From the NCBI RefSeq assembly GCF_963853765.1, contig NC_088857.1, positions 13,392,001 through 13,456,000 of the forward strand: a DNA stretch of 64,000 bases, in the 5' to 3' direction. Positions 61,601-64,000 of this stretch are shown here, piece after piece. A program made the translations under genes and the position numbers. Origin of the DNA: Magallana gigas. Its lineage: Eukaryota. Positions within the stretch are counted from its first letter, which is position 1. Each line of letters begins with the position of its first letter. Under the pieces are notes generated by a model. The model saw only the letters and a list, made by a program, of their open reading frames with translations. It searched no databases and was not told the origin of the DNA.

Positions 61601-63991
61601 CTTGAATGAATTCGAAAAACTACGACAAAGATTGGACTTTGACAGCCATAAAATGTTCATCTGCATAATTCTCAGTTACGGAAACGTGGAGGGGTTCAGG
61701 ACAATGGATGAGGAAATGATCGAGTATCAAGAGATCTTCTCTATGTTCAATGGATCTAATTGGTTGCATTTCAGTGAAAAACCAAAATTTTTCTTTATTG
61801 ATGTTCAACCAATGAAAATGGAAAGAACAGGTTTGTATTGAAATCATAAGGAAATACCACTATGAGGAATCTTGCTTGATTAAAGAGATGTCTTCGATCC
61901 ATGTTATTTAAATAAAACGATCAAATTATGATTGAATTATTACTCTTCATCTTAGGTGATTATCCTCAAGACCTTCGTGTGAAGGAACTTTCAGAGGACG
62001 AAGTTGAGATCCGGTGGAAGCCACCGAAAATGTTTCAGAGCAGCCAGCTTAATTACTTAGTACACTGCTATAGGTTAAATGATCAAAAGGTTCATACTAA
62101 AACCCATGAACTCATTGCGAAGAAAACCAGTTGTGTTCTCGATGAAATGCAAAAGGACGTGACTTATAAAATAAGTGTATGGTCCATTCAGGCAACAACC
62201 CAGAAAAAGAGAGGGCTTCCAAGTCAAACCAAATATACTTTGAGAGAAAAGGGTATATATTCTTAAAGAGTGACAGTCGTTTGCTCTTTGAATTCCAATT
62301 AAATTTAAAAATGTGCATATTGATAGCCAATGTTGCTGTTTTTAATTTCTTGAATATCTTAATTTTTTAACATTTGGTTAAATTGTAGTTTTAGCTCCAG
62401 TATCTGAAAGGTTAACAGCGAAATCAACAACATACGACACAATAACAATTTATTGGCCTTTACCGTTGGAGAATAGAAAACCGCCGTATTTCGCGAAATA
62501 CAAAGAAAAAACAGCTGATAGTTTTAAAAGAACACTTTTACCTCCCAATGAGACTGAAGTGAATCAGGGCCACGTTTTGAACTTTTTAAAGAGTAACACT
62601 GAATATATTATACGACTTTTTGCTGGAAACTCTAGAATTCTCAACGAAGTGAAAATTAAGACACTGGCAAAACGTAAGTACCATTAAACACATATTAAGA
62701 CTTTGCATCAATGCACTGGATTTAAAACCCTATTTACACGATGTGAATTACATAATCTCTTGAACAATCTTCTGAGTTGGATATACCTCTATTGATTAGT
62801 CGGACATGAAGATGCTATAGAATAAGTATATTTACTATTTTTAAAATACAATAAGAAAACTGTCAATTTGATCTAGAGAATCTTGGTTCTATTTCTTTCC
62901 TGTCATTCTGACATAATGGATGGAATAAAAAAACTACCTTGCTATCTTCTTAATATTATTAAAACTAACCGTTTGTTTATTTATCGGAAGATCAGAGGAT
63001 TGACGTCATTTAACTTCATATACAGATTAGAATATTTCAATTTTCATGTGGTTCGATCAAACTTAACATATCCTTAATTATCTTTATTTAATAATTTTGT
63101 GATGATTTTCTCATTAGATTTGAAATTGCAAATTTGAATGTTTCTCGTAATGCCTTTTTAAGATCAACCCAAAGACCTTAAAGCAAAACACATAACACCT
63201 TTTGAGATTGAGTTAACATGGGCAACCCCAAGCGTATATCTTCGCGGAAGCTACAGGTACCACGTGTTTTATCAGATGAAGAACTCCACAGAGAATAGTG
63301 TTGTTACGCTCGTTGAACAACACACATTGACTGACTTAATACCAGATGTTGTTTACACTATATGGGTAACAGCTGAAAAGGACAAATTTATGGGAGATCC
63401 GTCGGACTCAATAGAGTGCCACACACCAAGATGTGGTAAGTTACAACGATGGTTTACTGCCTTTTAAGTTTCTAATTTGTTTAAAAATTTCAGTCGAAGT
63501 GAAGATTACTAAAAAGAGAGTGAAGATAATTGTTTTGTTGTTGGTATATTTGATAATTTTTTATAGATTCTCGAGGTCTTGAAAAATTGCTTATGTTTCT
63601 TCTATGCAAGGTTAATTAATTATAGAACTAAAAGCAAATTAATTTTTTTGAGAATTCAATTAAAGGTATACATCGAATTTCTCTAACGAATAATTGCAAT
63701 CAGGTCCCCAGAATTTACAAGTAGATGCCCATGAACGGAGTATACGTGTGTATTGGGACGAGGCTGTTGTTCCAGCCGAGACAGAAAGCTTAAGTTATAG
63801 AGCTCGTCTTCAAAATGATAATATCCGTCCAATAGTTGGAGAGGTGCTTCCTACGCCCGATGCCAAGTACAATTACGCCTGTTATTTTCGGGATCTATGG
63901 ACGGACACGCAATACACTCTAGTCATAACCACAGTGATTGACGAGGGAGACTGGGACCCACCCACCGAAGTACCAATCAAAACGAGGCGAG
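58659..63991 (+). CDS. FN3-interrupted pseudo-caspase B, paralogue of gene A: acidic repeat - FN3 - linker - p20-like - >=4 FN3; continues past the right edge (~750 aa modelled)
   Basis: In-frame GT/AG exons: 58659-58847, 58945-58990, 59414-59698, 59975-60019, 60458-60520, 60669-60722, 61036-61074, 61281-61352, 61516-61830, 61956-62252, 62389-62673, 63163-63435, 63704-63991. Confidence 0.88.
58713..58802 (+). repeat. Three 30-bp coding tandem repeats (EKDPNEQE(S/N)x) in exon 1 of gene B
   Basis: GAGAAAGACCCCAATGAACAAGAGAGCG.. three times. Confidence 0.92.
61281..61830 (+). CDS. Caspase p20-like exons of gene B, catalytically dead
   Basis: RILFIITNDMF; MFICIILSYG (His to Tyr); KPKFFFIDVQPM (QACRG lost). 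Confidence 0.88.
61956..63991 (+). CDS. Four tandem FN3 exons of gene B
   Basis: YPQDLRV...IRWKPP...; ...IYWP...FLKSNTEYII; QPKDLKA...LTWATP...LIPDVVYTI; GPQNLQV...VYWDE...LWTDTQY. All are phase 1/1. Confidence 0.9.
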
Positions 63992-64000
63992 GTCAGGCTA

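Overview
AT-rich, intron-rich animal genomic DNA. It is most likely a bivalve (oyster-like), inferred from the Helentron/HINE-type repeats and microsatellites. There are no prokaryotic features, rRNA or CRISPR arrays. Hand splice modelling gives three well-supported multi-exon genes. (1) A minus-strand voltage-gated proton channel (Hv/HVCN1-like) gene at 1144-12787 that runs off the left edge and has a ~105-aa S1-S2 loop. (2) A minus-strand gene at 35123 to >=52516 encoding FN3 - caspase p20-like - six FN3 - caspase p10-like, with both catalytic residues lost. (3) A head-to-head plus-strand paralogue at 58659 to >64000 encoding an acidic repeat - FN3 - linker - dead p20 - at least four FN3. 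The main finding is this pair of apparently intracellular pseudo-caspases whose inter-subunit linker has been expanded into an FN3 array by phase-1 exons. Two weaker orphan genes, possibly secreted, lie at 25499-25858 (-) and 29790-31738 (+). The remainder is a patchwork of MITEs, HINEs, a hAT derivative, a LINE remnant and short satellites. All family calls are by eye; no searches were run.
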